From the IMG/VR virus record IMGVR_UViG_3300008116_000655, positions 1-31,954 of that record: a DNA stretch of 31,954 nt; one strand, 5' to 3'. Below, one piece after another: positions 9,359 through 19,900 of this stretch; the stretch's first letter is position 1, and each line of letters opens with the position of its first letter. The position numbers and the translations under genes were made by a program. A model generated the notes under the pieces. It worked only from the letters and a program-made list of their open reading frames with translations, was not told the origin of the DNA and did no database searches. Origin of the DNA: a virus (Duplodnaviria; Caudoviricetes).

Positions 9359-9519
9359 TACTTACCCTTCCTCATAACTGCCGCATTGTCGACAAGGTTT
9401 GGATACTTGCGACCTGCTGCTTTGGCACGAGCCTTAGCCTTTGCCTTCTGAGTAGGTGTTAGTTTGGTTGATTTCTTCTTTGGGTTCTTCTGATCCCAGA
9501 ATGCTTTCTTCTTCACCAT
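9358..9519 (-). CDS. Small Lys-rich protein (53 aa, not in the ORF track)
   Basis: MVKKKAFWDQKNPKKKSTKLTPTQKAKAKARAKAAGRKYPNLVDNAAVMRKGK; overlaps the upstream stop, and its TAA overlaps the next ATG. Confidence 0.7.
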   Translation of the reverse strand: MVKKKAFWDQKNPKKKSTKLTPTQKAKAKARAKAAGRKYPNLVDNAAVMRKGK

Positions 9520-9788
9520 TTCACCTTATCTGCCCAATAGGCTGCTGACATCTTTCCTTTTGCAATGTTCTTTGCATGACGAGCCTTGAAAGACTTCTGT
9601 CGTTTAGTTGGTTGCCGATCACCGGTAACACCTTGCTGACCAAACCTGATGGTCTTGACTTGAGAACCTTCTTTAGCTACAACCACATGAGATTTAGTTG
9701 GATGAGAAGGTGTTCTTTTCGGCTTGTTAAAGCCAGATACCCCGGCTCTCTTCAACCGGGGATCTGCCTTACTTCTTTTTGCGGCCAC
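9513..9788 (-). CDS. Basic 91-aa conserved phage protein
   Basis: NKPKRTPSHPTKSHVV...IRFGQQG...SFKARH...SAAYWA motif. Confidence 0.75.
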   Translation of the reverse strand: MAAKRSKADPRLKRAGVSGFNKPKRTPSHPTKSHVVVAKEGSQVKTIRFGQQGVTGDRQPTKRQKSFKARHAKNIAKGKMSAAYWADKVKW

Positions 9789-9900
9789 TCTTCTTTGCCT
9801 TCTTGATGACCATCTTCTTGCCTGATTTCTTTGCTTCTGCTTTAGCCATAGCCATACCTTTTGCAGTATATGGATATTCTTTCTTTCCGACCTTTGGCAT
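9769..9900 (-). CDS. Small Lys-rich protein (43 aa, not in the ORF track)
   Basis: MPKVGKKEYPYTAKGMAMAKAEAKKSGKKMVIKKAKKSGRKKK; TAATG coupling. Confidence 0.7.
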   Translation of the reverse strand: MPKVGKKEYPYTAKGMAMAKAEAKKSGKKMVIKKAKKSGRKKK

Positions 9901-10028
9901 TATTTCTTCTTTCCGGGCTTCTTCTTGCCCTTTTTTCCGTATTCCATCATGCGTTCTTTTTTGCCCTCAGACTTTTCGTGCTTCATCTTTGCCTTTTTGG
10001 ACTTGTACTTTTCGCCTTTTGCTGACAT
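9900..10028 (-). CDS. Small Lys-rich protein (42 aa, not in the ORF track)
   Basis: MSAKGEKYKSKKAKMKHEKSEGKKERMMEYGKKGKKKPGKKK; RBS-like GGGAGAAGG upstream; overlaps the 3' end of the Ntn protease gene. Confidence 0.65.
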   Translation of the reverse strand: MSAKGEKYKSKKAKMKHEKSEGKKERMMEYGKKGKKKPGKKK

Positions 10029-10608
10029 CTGCCTTCTCCCTTTGAGTGATTACCTTGACTTTTCCACCTGTGTTTATGTCAAACGAAGCGGAAATCTCTA
10101 TTGCTTTTCTGGCCTCATTGGCCGCTACTTTTGTATTCGTTATTGAAATCGTAGCTCTTGATAGAGAACCTGCTGCATAGGATCCACCAGATCCAACTGC
10201 ATATATTCCTCGATCATCTCTGCACCAAGAGAAGTCATTGTCTATCTGATAGATCCTGCCACGGATACATATAAGGGCATCAAAGCCAGCATCCTCATTA
10301 GGCATTCCATCTTCCTTCTTTGGAGAAGGATCGTATCCATAATCTGCATACGCTTGACGAAGTGATGGAAGAAGATCCGTCATCATAAACTTATCTAAGT
10401 TGACCACCTTAGGTATCTTCGGTGGAGTCCAACTAAAGTTTGCTATATCCCCGGCGATTGCATCGCCAGCAAAGGCAAATACATACTCGCCTTTTTCTAT
10501 GACCTTATCCATACCAGTTGCTATGAACTTCTGGCCACCTGCCACCATCAAGGAATCCGCTGCTATAAGGCCCCAGCCTTTGCCTTGGATTCCAACGATG
10601 GTTGTCAT
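9967..10608 (-). CDS. Ntn-hydrolase threonine protease, proteasome beta / HslV-like
   Basis: N-terminal M-TTIVG, AADS, DKV (catalytic Lys region), AVGSGG, DINTGG. Confidence 0.85.
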   Translation of the reverse strand: MTTIVGIQGKGWGLIAADSLMVAGGQKFIATGMDKVIEKGEYVFAFAGDAIAGDIANFSWTPPKIPKVVNLDKFMMTDLLPSLRQAYADYGYDPSPKKEDGMPNEDAGFDALICIRGRIYQIDNDFSWCRDDRGIYAVGSGGSYAAGSLSRATISITNTKVAANEARKAIEISASFDINTGGKVKVITQREKADVSKRRKVQVQKGKDEARKV

Positions 10609-10610
10609 GT

Positions 10611-10883
10611 CTATTCCTTAAAACTATTGGTGTTGGCATCGAAGGCTTTACCAGCCATATTCGATAACTCAACAGCTCCTCGAATGTCTTTCATATTCGT
10701 TGTTGCTGGTTCAATGCCTTGGTCAATCGCTGACTTGTAAGCATTGAGTTCTGCATCCCAAGACTTCTGAGACATCGTTCTCCTGCTATTGGCATCACCT
10801 GTATTAACTTGTAGACCTGAAGCTCTTAGGCACTCTCCCCAGTTTTCGTGATCTTGTGTGGGGCAACCTGTTCTACACGGCAT
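10611..10883 (-). CDS. Hypothetical protein with Cys/His motif
   Basis: CRTGCPTQDH..WGEC, possible metal binding. Confidence 0.7.
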   Translation of the reverse strand: MPCRTGCPTQDHENWGECLRASGLQVNTGDANSRRTMSQKSWDAELNAYKSAIDQGIEPATTNMKDIRGAVELSNMAGKAFDANTNSFKE

Positions 10884-11194
10884 TATGACCTCAATACTAG
10901 AAATCCACTATGTGCTTCATCCGATGCTGCATCGGCTTCTGCTTGAGTCTTTATTGTATATCCAAGACCTACCAAAACATCTTTAACCGCTTCGCTTACG
11001 ACATGGCTTCTTCCACCGAGGAAGACATAATCGTAGTCTTTCAATTCATCTTCAGTTACTGCTCGAGATGTAGTCACAGTTGATCCATCAATCAAGACTG
11101 CCACTCCTCGTGGAGATACAACTCTCCTCCACCACTTGTCTCGTAGTGGGAAACCTTCCATCACTTGCGGTGGGTAAAAGGTATAAGTTGCCAT
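10883..11194 (-). CDS. Hypothetical protein downstream of the capsid gene
   Basis: 103 aa with strong RBS AAAGGAG. Confidence 0.7.
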   Translation of the reverse strand: MATYTFYPPQVMEGFPLRDKWWRRVVSPRGVAVLIDGSTVTTSRAVTEDELKDYDYVFLGGRSHVVSEAVKDVLVGLGYTIKTQAEADAASDEAHSGFLVLRS

Positions 11195-11211
11195 TTCTCT
11201 CCTTTAGTAGA

Positions 11212-11237
11212 GAGGGGGTGAGTTGCCCCACCCCCTC
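11212..11237 (-). terminator. GC-rich hairpin after the major capsid gene (attenuator or mRNA stabiliser)
   Basis: GAGGGGGTGGG-GCAA-CTCACCCCCTC on the minus strand; weak U-tract. Confidence 0.6.
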
Positions 11238-11253
11238 AACTAATTAGCTCCGA

Positions 11254-12177
11254 TTAAAGAGCAGATGCACCAGTTTCCAAACGGCAAACTGCTGCATCAC
11301 GGAAGATGCCCCAGCCACCGAAGTACTTCCAGCCGAGTGCTGACTTACGGCGAAGGATGTCGATCTGAGGTGCAATGACGGTTTGTACATCATAAACATT
11401 AGCCTCAAGAAGAGCTTCCTTACCAACTGCAACAGCCTTGTAAACAGTTGCAGATGCTGCACCTTCAGCAGCAGAAGGAACACGAGTTGTCTGAACAACT
11501 TGGAATCCTTCAAGAACACCGATGGTGCCAGTCAATAGGTTGCCAACATTCTCGGTTGTGTACTTGTGAATGTCAACAAATCCGCCTGATCCGGTTTCGG
11601 CACGAAGGTCGAAAGCCTGACGAGGGTGGATGAACAAGGTGTAAAGATCACCGATACGAGGCTGTGCTGATGCCTCAAGAAGGGTGGTCTGAGCCTTACG
11701 AAGCATTGTTGTTGAAAGAACATCAGATGCTGTAAGAGTTGCTGTTGATGTACGAGTTCCGCCGTACTTAACAACAGTTCCGCCTGTAAGGGCAGTAGCA
11801 ACAAGCTTGTCGAGAGTATCGGCAGCGTTGTATGCAATAGCATCACCGATCATTGTGTCAATGTCAGAGAATGCTGCAAGGTTTACCTTCTCAGTTTGCT
11901 CAACTGCATTACCGTATTCGGTAACAGTTACAGTAACTTGAGATGGGTTACCCAATGCAACTGGAGTTACATCGGATGTTTCGGTTAGAGCTGTGGTAGC
12001 AGCAGTCAAGTTGTCGTAAACGGCAAACTTGAGAGTTGTACCCGGGTTGGTCATAGAGACAGGGCGTAGATCTGCAACAGAACGCATAACAGGAAGTGAG
12101 CGGAGTGCAGCACGAACATATGTGTCATATGCATTGACTACGAGGTTGCCTAGACCAGAGATTTGTGTAGTTGCCAT
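11254..12177 (-). CDS. Major capsid protein (N4-gp56-like family)
   Basis: 307 aa; LTET..TP, VTVTEYGN, IHPRQAFDL, IGVLEGFQVV, GWKYFGG; follows the scaffold gene. Confidence 0.9.
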   Translation of the reverse strand: MATTQISGLGNLVVNAYDTYVRAALRSLPVMRSVADLRPVSMTNPGTTLKFAVYDNLTAATTALTETSDVTPVALGNPSQVTVTVTEYGNAVEQTEKVNLAAFSDIDTMIGDAIAYNAADTLDKLVATALTGGTVVKYGGTRTSTATLTASDVLSTTMLRKAQTTLLEASAQPRIGDLYTLFIHPRQAFDLRAETGSGGFVDIHKYTTENVGNLLTGTIGVLEGFQVVQTTRVPSAAEGAASATVYKAVAVGKEALLEANVYDVQTVIAPQIDILRRKSALGWKYFGGWGIFRDAAVCRLETGASAL

Positions 12178-12201
12178 TTGGCACTACCACCTTTCTATGG
12201 G

Positions 12202-12684
12202 TTAGTAACCCTGCTTACCTAGATCAGCAAAGAGTTGCTTGAGGGCTTCTGGCCCCTTTGCAGCAGCTTCTTCCATCTGGGCTTGAATCAATCGTTCTCT
12301 GTCGGCTGTGAGACCGGCATCGACTGTTGACTGAGCCTTGATGTAGCTTTCCTTGAAACCTTCTGGCAAGTTTGGGTTTGGTTGATTTGAACTTTGACTT
12401 GAGACACCGAAGACTTCTCCGTTTTCTTCAAGCCATTTCGACAACGATTCCTCCGTGAGGTCGATGTCCTGCGGAATGAATGAAGCAATCTTCGGATTCA
12501 CTCCTCGAGCCGACAAGGTTTCTTTGATAGTTCGATCTCGTTTTTCCTTACGCAGTTCGGCAAGCTCTGCCTGAATTTCCTTCAGTTGCTTGTCTTTTTG
12601 CTTATTTGCTTTGCGTAGGTTGGTGAAGCTATCTTCTTGACCTTCGTTTTCGAAGTCATCCTCATCGTATTCGTAATTGGACAT
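12202..12684 (-). CDS. Capsid scaffolding protein
   Basis: Acidic N-terminus, coiled coil, GVNPKIASFIP; directly upstream of the MCP. Confidence 0.8.
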   Translation of the reverse strand: MSNYEYDEDDFENEGQEDSFTNLRKANKQKDKQLKEIQAELAELRKEKRDRTIKETLSARGVNPKIASFIPQDIDLTEESLSKWLEENGEVFGVSSQSSNQPNPNLPEGFKESYIKAQSTVDAGLTADRERLIQAQMEEAAAKGPEALKQLFADLGKQGY

Positions 12685-12795
12685 TTGTCCTACTCCCTTT
12701 TTGTTTGTTTGTCGCTGGCCTCAAATAGATCGGGGAATCTACTTGGCTCCAACTTCCGGGCTAATACTCACCTCAAGTTCCGGCATTTCAAGAGA

Positions 12796-12841
12796 TGGAG
12801 TGGGTGTCTGGGTCTCGAACCCAGATGATTGCCAATCACCC
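12796..12841 (-). ncRNA. tRNA-like minihelix (T-arm plus acceptor-like stem) in the scaffold leader
   Basis: GGGTG-ATTGGCAATCA-TCTGGG-TTCGAGA-CCCAGA-CACCC-ACT-CCA; no D arm or anticodon arm. Confidence 0.4.
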
Positions 12842-12851
12842 TGTCATTCAA

Positions 12852-14460
12852 TTATTGGGCCCTTTGCCTCAATGCTCTTTGACCTACTCCTGAGGTGCCA
12901 GAGAACTGTGCAAGGTTAGTTGCTTTTAGTCTTTCCATAATTTGCTGTGATGCAGTATCTGCACCGAACTCAGCAGCAATGGCTTCCTTGGCTCCGAAGT
13001 TCTCACCATAGATCTCAGCAAGGTTTCCGTATTGCTGGATGTTCTGTGAAACTTGTGAATACTTCTGGCGTTGAGTTCCATAGGCAAGAGATCCTGCACC
13101 GTATTGCTGTGCAATATCTGCTTGTTCCTTAGTCAAACCTTCTAGCAATGCAGCGGCAGTATTGAGATTCTTACCGGTGATTGACTCAAGGATTGGCTGA
13201 CCTCTCTCTGGGTCAGCAAAGTATGCTGTCAACATATCATCGTTGATTCCATAAAGGTCACGAAGTTGTCCACGAATTGTTGGATTAGTTGACTGCACAA
13301 AGTCTCTATATGCTTGGAATACATTTGATACATCGACTGCTGTGTAGTTGTTCTTTAGGAACATCTGGAAGTCTTTGGTCTGATCGTAAAATCCCTTTGG
13401 TGCATTGTATGAAGTAAGCACCTTCTGGTATTCATCTTCCATTCCAACGATTGTCTTCTCATCTAATGATCGATAACCAGCAGCCAAACGAGCTTCGTTT
13501 ACTTGACCAAATCTTTCATAGTATGGCTGGGTCTGGATTAACTGTAGATAGAAACCTTCTGAGGTTGTAGGGATTTCGTCAAACTTATTGCCCCTGCGGT
13601 CTACACCTTCACCACGGAAGATCTTGGCAATAACATCTCCAAACTCTGGAACACCCATTTGAGTGAATCGTTCTGTAATGATGTCATAAGCAGACTTGCG
13701 TTCTTTGGCTAACTGATCGAGACGAGCCTTATCTGCTGCTGCTTGCTGTGCTTTAAGTTGTGCTTCGAATCCTGCTGTTGCTTTAGCAATAGCAGCATCG
13801 ATTGCTTTTTGGATATCTTCTGGTGTCATTCCACCAGTTGAACTATCTGGTGATGGAGTATCGCTAAATGTTCCATCATCATAATAGGTACGAATTACAC
13901 GATTTGCACCAGATCCAAGGATTTCAGTTCTAACAACTTTTTTACCTGTAGGGGTTCCAATTACTTCAGTATGTTCCATCAGCATTTGTAACTCGAGAAA
14001 CAATTTTCTTTCCGCCAGTACCGCCAGTACCTCCTGTACCGCCAGTACCGCCAGTACCACCATCTCCACCAGTACCACCATCGCCGCCTGTACCGCCTGT
14101 ACCACCAGTACCACCTGTGGGAGTTACGCCAGTTACATCTGTAATTTTGTCTGGAGCATTCTCAAACATTCGGAATGAACCGGGATCAAACACACCAGAT
14201 GTACTTGCTACATTTGAAATAGGATTAGAGCCAGTACCAAGACCTGCACCAGTACCTGCTTGACTTGCACCATAAGGGTTTGTTGCTGTATCAGGTGCAG
14301 TAATCTTTACCTTTGTACCACTATAAAGAACTGTCTGACCAGCAGATGCACGAGCTGCAAGTGTTGGGTTATCTGCAAGAATTTGTGCAACAGTAGTACC
14401 GTTTGCCTTAGCAATACCAGAGAGGGTATCGCCTTTCTTAGCCGTGACTCTTTCTGCCAT
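12852..14460 (-). CDS. Internal virion protein with N-terminal LysM domain, split by a frameshift at ~13970
   Basis: LysM (AKKGDTLSGIAKANGTTVAQILADNP) and GGT repeats in 13966-14460; sensible protein continues in the 12852-14114 frame from TEVIGTPTGKK. Confidence 0.7.
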
Positions 14461-14463
14461 GTC

Positions 14464-16110
14464 TTATAGTCCTAACATTTCTTTCAGTTGTAGTGTGATT
14501 GTGTCTGCCTTACCTCTAGCGTTAGATGTGTACTGCCAACGACTGTCTTTGTATAGGCCCTGCTCAAACATCCACAACGGAACGGTTTCGTAAGAAGTTG
14601 AATTACCTTTAGCATCCGTAATTGCTTTGCCTTGCATAGCTTTACGGATGGTTGGATCTTCCAGATCGAGACCACCTTCTGGGATCTCAAGGATACGAAC
14701 CATTGCTTGGATGTAAGGACTTGCAATGGATAGTGGAGATTCTCCATTAAGGATTCGATCACGGAATGCTGGGAAAGCAGCGATGGCTTGCTGACGAAGG
14801 TTCTCATCAATCTGCTCATTGTTAGAGTCGCCAAGGAAAACATTCTTAGCAAGGTTGTTTGCTGCTTCATCTGTAATGCTCAAACCATACTGGCGGTACT
14901 TAGTCTGAACCATGAGTTTATTAGCATTGATTTGCTGTTGAACCTGTGGCTGTGATAAGTACTTGTCAGTACGGCGAAGTTGCTTAGTAAAGTCTCCAAG
15001 GTCTGATGACTTGGTTAGAAGGCTCTGGAAGAGTTGGTCATTGACCGTAAACTGAGAAGCTGCAATCTGGAAGTTAGTCCGATAGATCTCAATATAGTCG
15101 GCTGCTGCTTGATTGAAATCAAGACCTGCCCTCATTGCTCGGGCTACATCTGGCTTGACTGTATCAAGTTGGAACTTCTGAATAGACATCAAACGGATGT
15201 CATATTGAATCTCTTCACGATCCTTGACCTTGGCAAGGAGTTGATCTCTAAATGCAGTCTGTTGATCTGATGTAAGAGTTACACCGTTAGCCAATGAGTA
15301 TCCACCGATAGTGGCATTGACTCTCTGGTTTACATCTTTGTACCAAGTGGTATTGCGAAGGAATCCTTCGACATTGGCTGTGGATTCATTAACCTTAGCA
15401 AAGTCAATAAGCTTGTTGTAAATCGTTGGATAGTTGGACTTGAAATACTCAAGAAGATACTTCGATCCATAGGTACCAAGTGTTGCTTCCTGCTTGGCAG
15501 TAAGACCTGCTCCCTCTTCTTCGGCTTTTGTAAGAACACCATTGGTGTACTTCTTGCCTTGGTATGTACCTGTAAAAGGAGTACCATTTTTAGTTAAAGG
15601 ATCTTTGTCGCTTCCTTTACCCTTGTAAACAATGTTACCGCTAGTGTTATTAACCTTCTTGTTACCACTTGAATCAACTGTAACATCTGGTGTTACGGTC
15701 TGATCTCCAGCAACATTAGTGGCTAATGGTTGACCACCAAATGGTCTACTACCCATTGAAACTCCACCATCGGCAGTAACAGGTGCAGGTTTTGGTTGAA
15801 GTTTTTCAATTTCAGCATCAACATCTGCGGTTGATTGGCCTTGATCGACTAAACGCTGCTTCTTCTCTTGAAGAGATTTAAGTTTGTCTGATGTCTTCTT
15901 GTCAGATTTAGCCTTTTCAGCATCAGACTTAATCTTCTTAATTTTGGATTCAATACCCGGAAGTGCAGCCTTAGCGGTATCGTAATTCTTCTTAGCAGCC
16001 TTATATGCAGTAGATCCAACCTTAGATGAATCCATCTTGGCTTTGGCTTCACCAAGCATTCTAGTGAAGTTATATCTCTGTTCTTCTAACTTAAATAGAT
16101 CTTCAGCCAT
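14464..16110 (-). CDS. Putative internal virion (ejection) protein, 548 aa
   Basis: Helical/coiled-coil composition; located in the cluster between portal and scaffold. Confidence 0.6.
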   Translation of the reverse strand: MAEDLFKLEEQRYNFTRMLGEAKAKMDSSKVGSTAYKAAKKNYDTAKAALPGIESKIKKIKSDAEKAKSDKKTSDKLKSLQEKKQRLVDQGQSTADVDAEIEKLQPKPAPVTADGGVSMGSRPFGGQPLATNVAGDQTVTPDVTVDSSGNKKVNNTSGNIVYKGKGSDKDPLTKNGTPFTGTYQGKKYTNGVLTKAEEEGAGLTAKQEATLGTYGSKYLLEYFKSNYPTIYNKLIDFAKVNESTANVEGFLRNTTWYKDVNQRVNATIGGYSLANGVTLTSDQQTAFRDQLLAKVKDREEIQYDIRLMSIQKFQLDTVKPDVARAMRAGLDFNQAAADYIEIYRTNFQIAASQFTVNDQLFQSLLTKSSDLGDFTKQLRRTDKYLSQPQVQQQINANKLMVQTKYRQYGLSITDEAANNLAKNVFLGDSNNEQIDENLRQQAIAAFPAFRDRILNGESPLSIASPYIQAMVRILEIPEGGLDLEDPTIRKAMQGKAITDAKGNSTSYETVPLWMFEQGLYKDSRWQYTSNARGKADTITLQLKEMLGL

Positions 16111-16940
16111 TAGAACTCACCTGCCAATCTTCCAATAACATCGCCATAGGAGTTGAGTCTCTTGTCAACTGCTTCTGCTTCTAAAGCAGGATTTTCCATA
16201 ACGGTTTCTTCGATAAGTTGCTGGGTTCCAGCAGCATTAAGACCACCAGTAGTGGTTGAACTGTAGACACCCGGGCTTACCATGGTCTGTGTTGTCACAG
16301 ATGGATTCTCTCTTTCGGCAGCGTTCAATGCTTTCACAAGCATCTTGCTTTCCTTCTCAGATGGATCTCTACCAAGGATTGCTCGTAATCCACTCTGTAC
16401 GATTCCTCGAGCTGCTATTGGATCAGAGATGTTGTAGGAGATATTCTTAGTTGGGCCTTGCTGACCACGACCAGCATCACCACTTGCAATCATCTTAAGC
16501 ATCTCTTGGTATGACATACCACCAGCAGAGTTTGCTTCTGCAAGAAGTTCACGAAACGCTTCAGTATCTTTCTGACCCCAATAGGCAGTCTGGAAATCAG
16601 ACTTGTTGAGGAAGCCACCTTGAACCATTAAAGATTTGATTTGGTTCTGATCGGCTGTAGTTAGGAAGTCAGTATTCTTGATAGCAATCGCTTCTTCGTT
16701 TGTTCCAGAGTAAAGGGCTGTAAAGAACTTACCTGTGACATCAGTCTTCTTACCTGTCTTTGGATCGACATAGGTAACGCCGGGTCTGAAAACATTTGTA
16801 CCCTTTGCAGGGAATGCAGAAGATCGTGCATACGGATTAGCTCCGACCGCAGGTGCTTGAATGACAGGAGCATTCTTATCTGGCACCGTTGGATTCGGAT
16901 CAATCGAATCCGGGATACCGTCTTTGTCTATATCAGCCAT
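16110..16940 (-). CDS. Putative internal virion protein, 276 aa
   Basis: N-terminal DIDKDGIPDSIDPNP Ca-binding-like motif; coupled to both neighbours. Confidence 0.6.
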   Translation of the reverse strand: MADIDKDGIPDSIDPNPTVPDKNAPVIQAPAVGANPYARSSAFPAKGTNVFRPGVTYVDPKTGKKTDVTGKFFTALYSGTNEEAIAIKNTDFLTTADQNQIKSLMVQGGFLNKSDFQTAYWGQKDTEAFRELLAEANSAGGMSYQEMLKMIASGDAGRGQQGPTKNISYNISDPIAARGIVQSGLRAILGRDPSEKESKMLVKALNAAERENPSVTTQTMVSPGVYSSTTTGGLNAAGTQQLIEETVMENPALEAEAVDKRLNSYGDVIGRLAGEF

Positions 16941-19900
16941 TAACTATTTCCTGTCTCGGTAGCAAATACACGCCAGTACATTACAGAGAACTCTGGGTGT
17001 TCAGCGATAACTTGATAAGCAGATTGGTTGAGCCATTCAGCCACATTGGCTACTGACTTTCCAGTAAGAGTCTTGAATCCTGCTTGTGCCACAGATTCCA
17101 ATGCTGCTTGACGATATAGCAAGAACTTAGCCAAGCCCTTACCTGATTCAGTCTCTGCAAACTTTGGATTATCTAGTGCAGCAGTTACTTCCTTGACGAG
17201 TGTCTCACGAGGAACACCAGCAGCTCTGAAGTCTGGTTGTCCACCAAACTCATCATCGAGTGCTGACTTCATCGTCAAGTAAACTTGATTAGCCATCTTA
17301 GGTTCTGCACCTTGCTGAATGGCTGTTGTCATATCTTGTTGAAGTTTAGCCTTACGAGCCGTGTAAACATATCGAGCCGCTTCCATCTGCATTTCGGCAG
17401 GTGATAGACGGAATCGCTGTCCACGCTGTTCTTGCCACTTTGCAAACTCTTGTGAGTATTGTCCACCGGGGAAGAAGAGGGCAAACGCATTTGGGAACTG
17501 GTTTGCATCATCACGGTTCGATGTATAGAACTGCCATGCTTCATCAGTAGGTGTAATACCACCACGAGTTCCAGATACCAATGAGAACAATGCGTTGTAG
17601 CCATACTTTTCTGCCCACTTAGCAACCGCTAGTTCGTAACTATCTGGGTTGTTAGCTCTCATCTGGATGAAGTCATTGAACATCAATGCCTGTACATGGA
17701 ACTCCCCTTCCTTGTCTTTAGCAAGGATCTGTGGAGAGATAGCTCCGGGAGAAAGGTTCTGGGTAATACCACGCCATAAGGCAAGGACTCGGTTGACTCG
17801 ACCAGCATCTTCAAGCAATCTAGCCTGAGATTGACCGTCAAGAGGGAAGTCTCCGTACTCACCAGTAGATGCAAGGTATGCCATCAATGGTCGAAGGGTA
17901 GAGACATTCTTTGCCTCATAGGAGTCCATACCAAGGCCGTAGAGGATACGAGAAGCCCATGCTGGGGTGAAGGTCTCAATGAGACCTACCTTGCCCTCTG
18001 GGGCCCCGAATGGGTAAATGATGTCTCGTAGTTGGTCTGCAATCCAGCCGTTCTGATCCTTGATGTATCGACCTAAGGAGAGCTGAATAGCAGGGCCTAC
18101 ACCCGGCAATAACTCGTTAGAGAAAGCAAGGTTCAGAGATGGGATCGAGAGAGATACCGGCATACCCGGAACCTTCTCACCTGTGACTGTTCCAAGCATT
18201 GCACCAAGAATGTTGCCAGCAAGTGGCATAACAAATCTTGGATCTCCATAAGTTGGATCCTTATAGATAAATCCTTGTGATGGATCTGACCAGTTAGAGT
18301 TAGTCCACTCGTAGATAACACCAGTCTCTGGATGAGTCAAAAACTCAAAAGCATTAGCAGCCTTATAGGTACGAGCCTTACCTTGAAGACGGAATGTGTT
18401 AGCCACATCCTTAGTAATCAACTTGCTCCATACACCAATGGTGTTTGCCCATGCTTGAATAAACGGTGCAACCAAACGGAACTGAGCCGCATACTGCTTC
18501 TGGCGAGTTGCATCGTAATAAAGTTTACGAACCTGATCGGCAGCATAACGCTGACCGATAGCATCGATATCAGTCTTTGTAAGACCTCGATCATCAAGTG
18601 TCTTGACTGCCTCACGCATACGAACCAACGCTGGGTTAGTGGTACCAGATTTGATACCAAATACCTTGATGTCACGAAGTTCTCGTTCTGCAACCTTGAG
18701 AATATCTTCTGCTTCTGCCTTAGATAACAAGTTGAAGTTATCTGCTACGCCGTTCCAATACTGTTGCTGGAACTCTGGGCCAAGTGCTGCTCTCTTTTCG
18801 AGTTGTGCAGATAGACGGAAGAATAGGTTTGCACCCTTATCCCATTGACCACGAAGAGAAGCAACTGCACGAATATCATCGGCAGGAAGTTTCAACTGAC
18901 CAATAGCAGATGAGACATCTGTGGTCTGGCGGTAATCCTTGAGGATTCGACCAAGCCATACATCTTTAGCAGTTGTACCCTTTGGATCGAACTTCTGTAC
19001 ATCACCCTTGATATCACGGATCTGCTTACCAGAGATGAAGTCACGAAGCTCTTGACGACCTGCTGCAAGGTTATCAATACCCTTATTGACGGTATCAAAG
19101 TATGCAGCCATAGCCTTCTTGGCTACTGCTTCATCAGGTGAAAGTAACAATGCACGATTAGTCTCATCGACCTTAGCAATCTGTTCACGAAGTAGTCGAC
19201 CTTGCTTTGTTTCAAACATGAAGTCGATAATGATTCGTGAGTAGTCACGAGATAGATCGAAACCTTGTGCTTGCTTCTTGATAATAAACTCTGGTGCTTC
19301 TGAGAACCAAGGCTTGAATACTCCACCCGGTTGAGTAAGTCCACCTTCAAGTCCACCTGCTGCTAGACGAGCAAGAGATGATTCACGGTACTGAAGGATT
19401 GCTCCAGCCCATGCACGATTGAATCCTTTTTCGGTGGAGTCAATGAATCGCATACCAGTACGAAGTGCTTGAGACAAGGACATAGTTCCTTGACCAACAC
19501 CCATACCCATGCCACGAGTCATCATCGCCGCAAACTGATCTGCATCGGATAGGAGTGAACCCTTGAAAGATGCTGTGTCTACTTCTTTAGCAAGTTCATC
19601 AAAGCGAGTACCGAAGACATTCTTATCGAATCGAGAGAACTGACTTAGGAACTTCTTTGATCTTGTACCTGCTGGGTTACCAAGCATCATACCGATAAAC
19701 TGCAATGGGTGGTTAAACAATGTTGATGATCCACCAAGGTATGCACGAACCTGCATATCACCGATGTTTCTTAGAACATAAGAGACACGATATACAAGAA
19801 CTGTCTGCTTGAAGAATGAATCGAAAAGATCTGTGCTTACTGCTCGGAACTGTTGGGCTGATGCATTCCTTGAGAGGAAGCGAGTCTTTCCAGATATCTG

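Noticed and set aside
12796-12841. Full tRNA gene or attP
   Set aside because: Only a T-arm and a short acceptor-like stem are present; no anticodon arm, and no integrase in the window
13970-14114. N-terminus MVLVVQAVQ of the 420-aa ORF
   Set aside because: Out-of-frame reading of the GGT repeat of the LysM gene; not a real start
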